DNA of 64,000 nt from an uncultured Alphaproteobacteria bacterium. GTDB lineage: Bacteria; Pseudomonadota; Alphaproteobacteria; HIMB59. The stretch spans positions 44,435-108,434 of the forward strand of contig CACHVL010000002.1 of the NCBI GenBank assembly GCA_902583235.1, read 5' to 3'. The notes beneath the pieces were generated by a model. The model was not told the DNA's origin. It made no database searches and saw only the letters and a list, made by a program, of their open reading frames with translations. Position 1 is the first letter of the stretch; every line of letters starts with the position of its first letter. Shown piece by piece: positions 18,815 through 27,661 of the stretch. The position numbers and the translations under genes are program-made.

Positions 18815-19003
18815 TTAATAATTTGTAAGCATAAGATATAAACCAATAATACAAAATATTATTGTTAAAGATAAAGTTAATTTGAAAACTTTATTAATCA
18901 ATGAAAACTCTTTTTTGTTAATATACCTCTTTTTTAATATGTAAATCGCTGCTGTGAATATTGAAAGAAACCAAAATGTATTTACAATGAATTCTGCGTT
19001 CAA
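18815..19003 (-). CDS. Small membrane hypothetical protein
   Basis: 62 aa, two TM segments, TTG start. Confidence 0.45.
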   Translation of the reverse strand: MNAEFIVNTFWFLSIFTAAIYILKKRYINKKEFSLINKVFKLTLSLTIIFCIIGLYLMLTNY

Positions 19004-19018
19004 TTTATAATCTTTCTA

Positions 19019-19426
19019 TCATAATTCCTGATTAAATTTTGTCGGCTTCCAGTTTTTTGGGGCAAGCTCTAAATCCTCAAATTCAAATGCTGGGGCTACT
19101 GTACAACCAATTAAACTAAACAATCCAGTTGATTTCATTGCAAACCAAGTATTCTTTTCAATAGTGAACATATACTTATTTTGAAATCCAATAGCATTTG
19201 TCTCAAATTCCTCACCGTTTTTTGATGTAAATATGTTCAAGGGACTTCCTGTATAAAAGTGTATTGTTTCGTTTTTGGTTATTCGATGCCAATGGGAATG
19301 TTCATGTTCCTCTAGCAAAAAATATATGTGACTAACATCCTTGTTTTTATAGACTTCGACGAAATGCCCTCCTTCTGGGTGGGGTATCATTTTATGATCT
19401 TCAATAAGTGATTTTACTAAGTTCAT
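19019..19426 (-). CDS. Cupin-superfamily protein (DUF985/Cupin_5)
   Basis: PHPEGG, IYFLL, SHWHR, ETIHFYTG, GCTVAPAFEFEDLEL. Confidence 0.88.
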   Translation of the reverse strand: MNLVKSLIEDHKMIPHPEGGHFVEVYKNKDVSHIYFLLEEHEHSHWHRITKNETIHFYTGSPLNIFTSKNGEEFETNAIGFQNKYMFTIEKNTWFAMKSTGLFSLIGCTVAPAFEFEDLELAPKNWKPTKFNQEL

Positions 19427-19562
19427 TTATTTAATGGGTATATTCTTAGATTTATTCCATAAAATTAAAAATAGTTATATAAAAACATTGTATTTATTAT
19501 CTTTTCATACTTTTTAGGAATGTATTTCATTCTTCATCTAAAAATGTATTATAACAGTACAA

Positions 19563-19748
19563 ATGGCAATGGAAAATTTACAAACAATATCATGCCCAAA
19601 GTGTGACTTATCTGTTTCATCAATTTGTTCTAAATGTAACAAAGAAGTTGAAGTATCTCAGCTAGCTGATGGATGTGTAGTTCAAATTACTAAATGTGTT
19701 GAATGCACTAATACACCAGTTATTAGAGATGTCTGCGTAGAAAATTAG
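19563..19748 (+). CDS. Cys-rich microprotein (double zinc-ribbon-like)
   Basis: 61 aa with 8 Cys: CPKC, CSKC, CVEC plus two single Cys. Confidence 0.6.
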   Translation: MAMENLQTISCPKCDLSVSSICSKCNKEVEVSQLADGCVVQITKCVECTNTPVIRDVCVEN

Positions 19749-19842
19749 TCAGTACTTTATAGGCACCATAAATCCTTAAATTATTCAGGTAAGATCTAAA
19801 TATTACTTTGAACATAAAAAGTAGTATTGGAGAATTAAATAT

Positions 19843-20034
19843 ATGAAAATATTGAAAATACTGGATAGCGCAGAATTAATTATTGTTGATTTAGAAGTTA
19901 ATTTAGGAAAGGAAGTCAGAAATGCTCCCACTTTGTGTGTCAGATATCAGGGTAAAATCATCCCTTTAAATACAGCGCATGACGGTAGACCCATCTTGAT
20001 GAGAGAAGAAAATGCCCTTCCAAGTGAAAATTAA
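19843..20034 (+). CDS. Hypothetical protein
   Basis: 63 aa, SD GGAG, globular composition. Confidence 0.6.
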   Translation: MKILKILDSAELIIVDLEVNLGKEVRNAPTLCVRYQGKIIPLNTAHDGRPILMREENALPSEN

Positions 20035-20040
20035 AATTAT

Positions 20041-20127
20041 ATGTTCACTGGAACTCTTTGGATAGATTTGACTATATCTCTTATTCTTTTAGCCACATTT
20101 TTTATGTGGATAATGAGAGGGGATTAA
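20041..20127 (+). CDS. Putative 28-aa single-TM microprotein (not in ORF track)
   Basis: MFTGTLWIDLTISLILLATFFMWIMRGD*; fills the gap between two co-oriented genes. Confidence 0.45.
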   Translation: MFTGTLWIDLTISLILLATFFMWIMRGD

Positions 20128-20145
20128 ATAAAATCACTATCCTAA

Positions 20146-20433
20146 ATGGAGATATTAACCAGCAAAGCTGAAGTTAGAGAAAAACTAAAAAACAACCCTT
20201 TACAAGCAGCCCACTTACTTAGACTTAATGGTTACGGGTCTATTAAATACATATGTGCCTGCGGTGAAACCCACGACGCAAATGGAAAAGATGTAAGCTG
20301 CAAGGGATCTGCAAAGCCATTCAAAGCTCTTCTTAAATGCGCCAATGACTTTATGACAATGATTAAAATTGAAGGATTTTTTCGAAAAAAAGCTATCTCT
20401 GAGTATGGATTTAAAGCAAGTATAATGGATTAA
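20146..20433 (+). CDS. Hypothetical protein with putative Zn-binding motif
   Basis: CACGETH plus downstream Cys residues. Confidence 0.6.
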   Translation: MEILTSKAEVREKLKNNPLQAAHLLRLNGYGSIKYICACGETHDANGKDVSCKGSAKPFKALLKCANDFMTMIKIEGFFRKKAISEYGFKASIMD

Positions 20434-20435
20434 CT

Positions 20436-20831
20436 ATGAAGCTAATTTATATTTTAATATTTATTCCTTCACTAGTATTTGGCCAAAATATTAAATTAAT
20501 ATGTGAGGAAAATTCCTTAATTGATTATGTTGATGATAAATTTATAAATTTTGAAGAGTCTAACATCAGTGAATTTGAATATACTTTTAATAAAGAATTA
20601 TCTTTTCTGAAAGAGAGTTATCAAGATTTAAATTATGACTACATGGGAGAGGATAAAGTGAGTTATCATTTTAGAATTGAGACTGATTTTTCTTTTAATA
20701 CACTAATCCTTTATAAAAATATCTATCGCTATGAGAGAAATATTTTTTTCCCGAATAGTACTAGTGTAAAAAAAACTTTTTATGGTAATTGTAATAAATT
20801 AGATGATTTATTAGCATTTAATACTTTATAA
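20436..20831 (+). CDS. Secreted hypothetical protein (two-Cys family)
   Basis: Signal peptide LIFIPSLVFG; KLIC near mature N-terminus; YGNC near C-terminus. Confidence 0.6.
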   Translation: MKLIYILIFIPSLVFGQNIKLICEENSLIDYVDDKFINFEESNISEFEYTFNKELSFLKESYQDLNYDYMGEDKVSYHFRIETDFSFNTLILYKNIYRYERNIFFPNSTSVKKTFYGNCNKLDDLLAFNTL

Positions 20832-20851
20832 AATTTTTACGTCTCAAATTT

Positions 20852-21211
20852 TCATTTACCAGCTGAACATTTGTAGCTCACACCACTTTTTAAATATTGA
20901 TACAAATATCCAACATTTTTGTCTAATTCAAAAAAAACTGCATTATTTATGTCTGAATAGCCTTTGGATCCAATTTTTAAGTCAAAATCATGATCAAAAA
21001 GTATTTCAAAATGCATTTCAATTTTTTGTGAGTCCCAAATGAAAGATTTCAGAATATTATCTTTAATTTCTAATTCAATAACACTGGGAGAGGTATTTTT
21101 AATGGGAGACTTTTCAGTAATTTCATTAAATATCTTATTACAAATCAGTTCATCAGATTGTGCCTGAACACAAAAAGTAAATGTAAGAATGAATAAAATT
21201 ATAAATTTCAT
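20852..21211 (-). CDS. Secreted hypothetical protein (two-Cys family)
   Basis: Signal peptide; ELIC...LDKNVG...YKC. Confidence 0.6.
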   Translation of the reverse strand: MKFIILFILTFTFCVQAQSDELICNKIFNEITEKSPIKNTSPSVIELEIKDNILKSFIWDSQKIEMHFEILFDHDFDLKIGSKGYSDINNAVFFELDKNVGYLYQYLKSGVSYKCSAGK

Positions 21212-21252
21212 AAGTTTTTTTTATAACAATAATGATACTTTAAAAATAATAA

Positions 21253-21450
21253 ATGTTAGATAAATTTATCGAAATGCCCATATGGGCACATATTCTCATC
21301 AACTTATGGGGTGTACCTCTTTACTTCTTACTTATTTATTTAATTGATCAAAAAAAAATAAGACTAAACAAAAGGATCAAAAATAAACAGACGCTATTTA
21401 TATACTGTATGATAATTGTGGCATTTGGATATGTTGTTTTTATGGATTAA
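21253..21450 (+). CDS. Small membrane hypothetical protein
   Basis: 65 aa, two TM segments. Confidence 0.5.
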   Translation: MLDKFIEMPIWAHILINLWGVPLYFLLIYLIDQKKIRLNKRIKNKQTLFIYCMIIVAFGYVVFMD

Positions 21451-21470
21451 TCAGTTAAAAATTTAGAATT

Positions 21471-21689
21471 ATGAATATTAGTTTTATATTGGCATTTATA
21501 GCAATCTTCATTGTCTCTTATTTTGTTGGTAATTATATAGCTATTGATGGAGATGAGTTAAGTAAATCTAAAAAACTCTACTATAAAATTATTTCAATTT
21601 TATCCGTATTTGTATTTCTGGGAAGTTTTGTGTTTTTTATGTTTCTTGTAAATAATGGAAACTTTGGTTCAAATATAAAAGTATTTTAA
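21471..21689 (+). CDS. Small membrane hypothetical protein
   Basis: 72 aa, two TM segments. Confidence 0.5.
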   Translation: MNISFILAFIAIFIVSYFVGNYIAIDGDELSKSKKLYYKIISILSVFVFLGSFVFFMFLVNNGNFGSNIKVF

Positions 21690-21791
21690 ATTTATTTGTA
21701 ACACAATTCAGAAAAAAGATTATTTAATTAATTTTGGCGGCAAATATTTGAGTCACTAGACAATTCTATTCTTCTAATATAATTTTTTCCT

Positions 21792-22007
21792 ATGTCCAGT
21801 ATTCATAGTTTAATGAAATATTTAACTCCATATGAGTTAGATCATATAAAATTTTTAGCTCATAACATTGAGATCCCCTATGGCGCAATCAATACCCAGT
21901 ATAGAATTGATAAAAATGACGTAAAAAATCTGATGAGATTTATGCTAAATGATAATGACTATTTGAATTGGAAAAAAATTTATAATAAAAATTCTCAGCA
22001 ACACTAA
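21792..22007 (+). CDS. Hypothetical protein
   Basis: 71 aa; TATAAT 8 nt before ATG. Confidence 0.5.
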   Translation: MSSIHSLMKYLTPYELDHIKFLAHNIEIPYGAINTQYRIDKNDVKNLMRFMLNDNDYLNWKKIYNKNSQQH

Positions 22008-22030
22008 CTGAGGCAAAATTCATATAAATA

Positions 22031-23011
22031 CTAATGTTTTAGGCTATTTTCTGTAAAGTCCTGAGCTAATTTTTTACCTGAAAGCCAAGCATCTTGCATA
22101 CTTGGACCTTCACACCAGTCACCAAAGGAATATAAACGACGATCAATAGACTCAATATATCTTTTTGACTTAATATCCCTTAAACTTTTTTTAGTATAAG
22201 AATACCTCCATCTGTGTGATTTTTTAAATACTGCACCAGCATCAGATTGAAAAGACTGTTTCATCTTATTAATCACATAATCTTCGAGCACATAGTTTTC
22301 TATATTATAATATTCTTTAGTCCACTCTGCTCTCATATTTATAACCCAGCACTCCTCATTAAAAAATTCATGTTTAAAATTCTGGTTCATTAAGAAACTT
22401 ATTTCAGGTGTTAAGTGATATCCAAATTGAAATGGAACACCTAGTCGCTTATTAAAGGCCACCATGATGGTCCAAATAGCATCAAACTCGATGTCAGGCA
22501 CGTCACTATAATCGATATATTTTTCTAATAGCGTCTTAGACTGTTCAAAGGGCATGCTGCAAAAAATATAATCAAATGGTCCAAATTTCTCTTCACCTGC
22601 CATTAGATAATATTCCTTATTTATAGTCTCAATACTAGTTATTTGCTTTGAAAAATAAGTTGGATAGTGAAGTGATTTATGAATGTTAATTGGAATTGAT
22701 TCATTTCCCTCTTTACCCACTATAATTTCTTTATCTTCAATGGGTGAATTTTGTGAAATATTTGGGCAAAATTGCCCTTTTAAAATTTTAATCGCATCAA
22801 TTTTATTTAAGTATTCATTAAGACCTATAATACCATGATCTAATTTTAAATAATGCGCGCCATGATCGAAAGCATATTGATTATGCTTTCTAGTACTTAT
22901 TCTACCCCCAGGCCTCCAAGATTTTTCAAAAAAAGTTATATCCAGAGCGGGTAGGTGGTAAGCTAAAGAAAGCGCACTAAGCCCAGTTCCAATAACTGCT
23001 ATCTTTTTCAA
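22031..23011 (-). CDS. Renalase-like NAD(P)/FAD-dependent oxidoreductase
   Basis: IAVIGTGLSAL, FEKS..PGGRISTR, FDHGAHY, HRWRYS, GDWC...DAWLSG. Confidence 0.85.
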   Translation of the reverse strand: MKKIAVIGTGLSALSLAYHLPALDITFFEKSWRPGGRISTRKHNQYAFDHGAHYLKLDHGIIGLNEYLNKIDAIKILKGQFCPNISQNSPIEDKEIIVGKEGNESIPINIHKSLHYPTYFSKQITSIETINKEYYLMAGEEKFGPFDYIFCSMPFEQSKTLLEKYIDYSDVPDIEFDAIWTIMVAFNKRLGVPFQFGYHLTPEISFLMNQNFKHEFFNEECWVINMRAEWTKEYYNIENYVLEDYVINKMKQSFQSDAGAVFKKSHRWRYSYTKKSLRDIKSKRYIESIDRRLYSFGDWCEGPSMQDAWLSGKKLAQDFTENSLKH

Positions 23012-23016
23012 TGTTA

Positions 23017-23439
23017 TTACTTTTTTATATTTCTAGGTTTAATTTCATCGACATCTTCTACAGGACGAAGTATCGGTACATATCTTAGTCGAAGAATTAT
23101 GACAGCAATAGCTACTAGGACTATGGCACCAGCTTCGTATAAAAGAAGTTCAGGATTTGAGTCTTTACCTTGAAGTATAATAAGTCTTGATAAAGCGGTA
23201 ATAGCAATAAATAAGGGATAAGTCATTCTCACCCGATTAGACACATAATAAACTCTTACCATTCCGATTACCTCAACGTAGATAAATAATAAAAGTAAAT
23301 CAGCTAATTCTACATATTGTACGTCTATCATTCTCAGTATTTCAAAGAGAATGGCAGTTATCGTAGCTACTAAAATGACACCAATTACTGCTTTTTCTAC
23401 AAAACCAACAAAATTTTCAACGGTAGACTTCATTACCAC
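23017..23439 (-). CDS. psiE: PsiE-family membrane protein
   Basis: LADLLLLFIYVEVIGMV, PLFIAITALSRLIIL. Confidence 0.8.
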   Translation of the reverse strand: MVMKSTVENFVGFVEKAVIGVILVATITAILFEILRMIDVQYVELADLLLLFIYVEVIGMVRVYYVSNRVRMTYPLFIAITALSRLIILQGKDSNPELLLYEAGAIVLVAIAVIILRLRYVPILRPVEDVDEIKPRNIKK

Positions 23440-24110
23440 TCAACCATATCAATTTGTTTTGATTTAAGAAAGGCATTTGTCTTAGAAAAAGGTTTGCTTC
23501 CAAAAAAACCGCGATGGGCGGATAAAGGAGATGGATGAGGTGCAATTAAAATTAGATGTTTACTCGAATCAATATACTCTTTTTTTGATTGAGCATATGA
23601 TCCCCACAATATGAAAACGATATTTTCTAATTCATTACTAATTACAGAAATGACTTTATTAGTAAAAATATCCCAGCCAATTTTTTGATGTGAAAGGGGT
23701 TTTGATCTCTCCACCGTTAATGTTGTATTTAACAAAAATACACCCTGTTTGGCCCAATTTTCTAGATTGCCATTATTAAAGTTAACTTCTTTTTTTAAAT
23801 CATCCTGTAATTCTTTATAAATATTTATAAGAGAGGGCGGAGGTTTGACAGAGTCTGGGACAGAAAAACTAAGTCCGTGGGCTTGACCAGGGCCATGATA
23901 GGGATCTTGACCTAAAATAACTACTTTTACATTATTTAGAGGTGTTAAATTAAAAGCATTAAAAATTTGTTTTCCTGGAGGATAGTAAATAATTTTATTT
24001 TGTTTTAATTCTAAAAGTTTTTTTTTGAGATTAACCATATAGTCTTGGTCAAACTCATCTTTTAAATGATTAAGCCATGTTTCAGGGAGTTGAATGGTAG
24101 GTTTTTCCAC
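23433..24110 (-). CDS. ung: Uracil-DNA glycosylase (family 1)
   Basis: GQDPYH, AHGLSFSV, PPSLINI, HPSPLSA; GTG start. Confidence 0.96.
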   Translation of the reverse strand: MEKPTIQLPETWLNHLKDEFDQDYMVNLKKKLLELKQNKIIYYPPGKQIFNAFNLTPLNNVKVVILGQDPYHGPGQAHGLSFSVPDSVKPPPSLINIYKELQDDLKKEVNFNNGNLENWAKQGVFLLNTTLTVERSKPLSHQKIGWDIFTNKVISVISNELENIVFILWGSYAQSKKEYIDSSKHLILIAPHPSPLSAHRGFFGSKPFSKTNAFLKSKQIDMVEW

Positions 24111-24121
24111 TCAGGTGTATA

Positions 24122-24367
24122 TTAGTTTAAGGTTGCGTCTTTACTTCGACCGTATTTTTCAAGTTTATAAATAATTTTTTCTTTAAGATCATGATTTTCT
24201 TCTAAGGCCATTACCAATGCTTGTGTGTAGAAGAAACAAGCTGCTTCAATATCAGCTTTGTCTTCAAAGTAATTTGCTGCCTCGTAGTACAAAGAGCATA
24301 CTTTGTCCATCTGCTTTTTTTGAAAAGCATCAGTTATATCGTTATCTAATTGAAATGCGTCTTTCAT
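24122..24367 (-). CDS. Conserved hypothetical helical protein
   Basis: LY.EAA...AACFFYTQA...ALE pattern. Confidence 0.6.
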   Translation of the reverse strand: MKDAFQLDNDITDAFQKKQMDKVCSLYYEAANYFEDKADIEAACFFYTQALVMALEENHDLKEKIIYKLEKYGRSKDATLN

Positions 24368-24420
24368 GATTATTTTAAAATTAGCACATTTACCTAAAAC
24401 ACCAAGATTAAAATAAATTA

Positions 24421-25182
24421 CTAAAAATTATCCTTTGCAGAGCGCATTTTAGCAAAAACTTCTATTGCATTTTGAGACTCATAAAGTTTCATAAATTGAT
24501 CCTCATCGCACCTTAGAAATGGATTATATAGTAATTGATCTGAGAGCATTGTAGGTATTGTTGGGCGGAGTTCTTTTTCTTGATGTGAGACCCACTTAGA
24601 ATAATGTTGAAGTTCCTTGTTAGTAGGATCAATGCTCAAAGCAAAATTAACATTTGCCAAAGTATATTCATGCCCACAATATATTTTTGTATCCTTTGGT
24701 AATTGTTTGATTTTGCACAAACTGTCCCAAAAAACTTCAGGTGTTCCCTCAAACATTCTCCCGCAACCTATGCTAAAAAGAGTATCTCCGGAAAATAAAA
24801 TATTATGTTGAGGCATAAAGAAATTTATATGTTGAAGTGTATGACCGGGAGTATGAATAACTTTATATTCATTCCCTAATATCTCAAAAGTCTCATGATC
24901 TACAACTTCTTTATCTGGTTTAGGAATTTTAGAATCATTTTTATATCCTATAATTAAAGAATTAAATTTTGATTTAATCTCACTTACAGCAGCTATGTGA
25001 TCATCATGATGATGGGTAATTAAAATATGACTTGCTACGCAGTCATTCAGTTCAAGAATTTTTAAACACATACTCAGATCAGAGGGGTCTACTAGTACCC
25101 CTTTAGTTTCATGAGGATTTTTTATTAAATATCCATAATTATCCTCTAATTGGGGAAATAAATACACATTAGGTTTTTGCAT
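24421..25182 (-). CDS. gloB: Hydroxyacylglutathione hydrolase (glyoxalase II)
   Basis: DNYGY, THHHDDH, TPGHT, GDTLFSIGCGR, CGHEYT, NPFLR, KDNF. Confidence 0.95.
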   Translation of the reverse strand: MQKPNVYLFPQLEDNYGYLIKNPHETKGVLVDPSDLSMCLKILELNDCVASHILITHHHDDHIAAVSEIKSKFNSLIIGYKNDSKIPKPDKEVVDHETFEILGNEYKVIHTPGHTLQHINFFMPQHNILFSGDTLFSIGCGRMFEGTPEVFWDSLCKIKQLPKDTKIYCGHEYTLANVNFALSIDPTNKELQHYSKWVSHQEKELRPTIPTMLSDQLLYNPFLRCDEDQFMKLYESQNAIEVFAKMRSAKDNF

Positions 25183-25222
25183 AAGAAATAGAATGTTAAG
25201 TAAATCTAGTTAAAATACAACT

Positions 25223-25930
25223 ATGGATATTAACGCATCAGATATTTACAGTTTTTACCAGTCAAAGTTAGGCACACTTGTTAAACGAAATATTCGTCAT
25301 CAATTATACAGCCATTTAAATTCTATCAATGACAGTGTTGTCTGTGGATATGGATACACAAATCCCTACCTTTCTTTTTTAAATAAACAAAATAAAAATT
25401 TACAAATATCTGCAATGCAGCCAGAATTTTTAGATGGTAATGTCAAAGAGAAATATGATTTCGATCATCAAATTATTCATGAATATTTCTTACCTTTGGA
25501 TCCAAGCTCAGTAGATGTAGTGATATCAACACACTTACTTGAATTTGTTGATAAACCCCAAAGTAGTATTGAGGAAATATGGAGAATTCTTAAGCCAAAT
25601 GGGCTTTTTTTAACAATTATACCCAGAAGATCAGGGATATGGACTAGGTATGATAATAATCCTTTTGGATTTGGAAGATCATACTCAATTAAACAATTTA
25701 AATCACTGATACAAGATTTTCTAGTTGTTGATTATAGAAAATCATTTCTACATTTCCCACCATGGGACCATTATTTAAATTATAAATCACATCGAACAAT
25801 TGAAAAAATAGGTGATTTTTTCTTTCCGTATATGGGAGGTTTAATGATTTGTGTTTGCAAAAAGATTGTCTATGCAAAAAGCTCTAAAAAACAAAAAAAA
25901 ATACCAATTAAAAGTTTTGTAGCAACTTAA
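25223..25930 (+). CDS. SAM-dependent methyltransferase (YafS-like)
   Basis: GYGY..PYL, LP...SVD, H.LEF, EIWRILKPNG, PFGFGRSYS; divergent from gloB as usual. Confidence 0.8.
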   Translation: MDINASDIYSFYQSKLGTLVKRNIRHQLYSHLNSINDSVVCGYGYTNPYLSFLNKQNKNLQISAMQPEFLDGNVKEKYDFDHQIIHEYFLPLDPSSVDVVISTHLLEFVDKPQSSIEEIWRILKPNGLFLTIIPRRSGIWTRYDNNPFGFGRSYSIKQFKSLIQDFLVVDYRKSFLHFPPWDHYLNYKSHRTIEKIGDFFFPYMGGLMICVCKKIVYAKSSKKQKKIPIKSFVAT

Positions 25931-25971
25931 AAATTATTCATATTTAATTTTTAAAAAGATAGAATTAACCT

Positions 25972-26721
25972 TTGTTAGATCTTAGTTATTATATAATCGT
26001 TTCATTCTCTATTTTATTGTTTGCAATATCAAAATCCGGATTCTCTGGAGGAGGGTTGGCTTTAATTTCAGTAACTTTATTATCTATAACTTACGGTCCA
26101 TTAACAGCAATAGCCATTTTGATGCCAATGTTAATAGTATGCGATGTAATAGCTTTGTATTTAAATAGAAAATATTTTGAATATAAAATTTTATGGTCAA
26201 TAGCACCTTACTCTTTATTGGGGGTAATTGCTGGTACAATCTTGTTTAAATTTATTAATTTATCAATGATAAGTATTTTTATAGGCACGATCTCATTGTT
26301 ATACGTTGTTTTTAATTATTTGATTGTAGACACCAAGCTAAAAAAAATACCTTTTTATGGGAGTAAATCTTTTTGGGGAGCCTTAGCGGGATTTACTAGT
26401 TTTGTCCTTCACTCGGGAGGATTACCATTAAATATTTATTTTATGTCAATCTACAATAAAAAAATTCAATTTGTTGCAGGTGTTGTTTTCTCTATTGCTT
26501 TAATAAACTTGTTTAAATTAGTTCCTTATTTTTATTTAGAAATATTAGATTTTGAGAAACTATATAATTATCTTATTTTTTCACCAATTGCTGTTATAGG
26601 AGTAATTTTAGGACACTGGATGAATAGTAAGCTTTCAGACAATTCTTTTTTTATGATCATTAATATTTTTGTAGTTATAGGATCAATGAGATTAATCTAT
26701 TTAGGAATAATGGGCTTATAA
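25972..26721 (+). CDS. TauE/SafE (TSUP) family membrane exporter
   Basis: SKSGFSGG, P.L...D, GFTSFVLHSGG, KLVPY. Confidence 0.82.
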   Translation: MLDLSYYIIVSFSILLFAISKSGFSGGGLALISVTLLSITYGPLTAIAILMPMLIVCDVIALYLNRKYFEYKILWSIAPYSLLGVIAGTILFKFINLSMISIFIGTISLLYVVFNYLIVDTKLKKIPFYGSKSFWGALAGFTSFVLHSGGLPLNIYFMSIYNKKIQFVAGVVFSIALINLFKLVPYFYLEILDFEKLYNYLIFSPIAVIGVILGHWMNSKLSDNSFFMIINIFVVIGSMRLIYLGIMGL

Positions 26722-27075
26722 TATTTTTTCTAAAATATTAATTAAATCAAATTCATCTTTATACTTATTCATTTGATCTTTATTGATTAATATTTTGTAT
26801 TCACCACTATTTTCTTCAACACAAATTGGTAAGTCATTTTTATAATTTGTCAGATTATATTCCTCTAATTCTTCTGAATGTAAAAATTTAAAATTATGTG
26901 GAGAACTCTCAATAAATTTTCTCCAAGCTTCTTTCATTTTTAAATCATGAGTAATTTTACACAAATTACACTCATAAGTACTTGGAGAAGCATATTTATG
27001 AACTGTATCGAGAATATAATTCCACTTCCCACCTTTGGCGTTATAAACAAAAATTATATTTCTTTTACTATTCAT
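26716..27075 (-). CDS. Conserved hypothetical protein
   Basis: IFVYNA.GG, HK..SP.TYECNLCKITH; ATG at 27075 is coupled to the metW stop. Confidence 0.7.
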   Translation of the reverse strand: MNSKRNIIFVYNAKGGKWNYILDTVHKYASPSTYECNLCKITHDLKMKEAWRKFIESSPHNFKFLHSEELEEYNLTNYKNDLPICVEENSGEYKILINKDQMNKYKDEFDLINILEKIL

Positions 27076-27661
27076 CCGTAATATGGAACAAAACTTCCTT
27101 ACAAAACAGGTTTGAAGGTATTTTGCCATTCTCAAATTTTCTTTGATTAATAACATCAAAAGTTGAAATTATTTTAAGGTCTAAATTTTCAGCTAACTTC
27201 TTAAAATCTTTAATACTACACGGGTGAATATAATCAGTATTATACCAATGATCACTATCTGCTTTCTTAAGAAGAGAGTCAAAACTTCCCGATAATAAAA
27301 AGTTTGAAATTTTGCTTAACCGTGCAGAATTATTAAAGCTAACAATAATATTCTTACTTACCTTTTTAAGAGTATTCAACAATTTGTCTGGTTTTTGAAC
27401 TGCCTGAATTGTTTGAGTTAAAAGACAGTAATCGAACTGATTAAATGGAAAGTCTTCAACTATTAAATTTATATCTCCATGTATAACATCTAGTCCTTTT
27501 TCTAAACATTTGATGACTTTTTCCTGATTCAATTCAACTCCTTGAGCGCTAACACCTTTATTTTCAAGATAAGAAATTAATTCTCCATCAGAGCAACCAA
27601 TATCTAGTACTTTAGAGTTTTCAGGAATTAATTTTAAAATAATTTCGTAGTCTTTTCTCAT
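27068..27661 (-). CDS. metW: Methionine biosynthesis protein MetW
   Basis: VLDIGCSDGEL, LTQTIQAV, WYNT..IH; directly downstream of metX. Confidence 0.9.
   Translation of the reverse strand: MRKDYEIILKLIPENSKVLDIGCSDGELISYLENKGVSAQGVELNQEKVIKCLEKGLDVIHGDINLIVEDFPFNQFDYCLLTQTIQAVQKPDKLLNTLKKVSKNIIVSFNNSARLSKISNFLLSGSFDSLLKKADSDHWYNTDYIHPCSIKDFKKLAENLDLKIISTFDVINQRKFENGKIPSNLFCKEVLFHITDE

Noticed and set aside
13675-22007. Integron cassette array, CRISPR array or prophage interpretation
   Set aside because: No attC-like repeats, no regularly spaced direct repeats, no integrase, cas or phage structural genes, and gene orientations are mixed
22003-22012. ACTAACTGAG at the array's right edge, 9/10 match to the tRNA 5' scar
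   Set aside because: Too short to distinguish from chance in AT-rich DNA, despite the suggestive position
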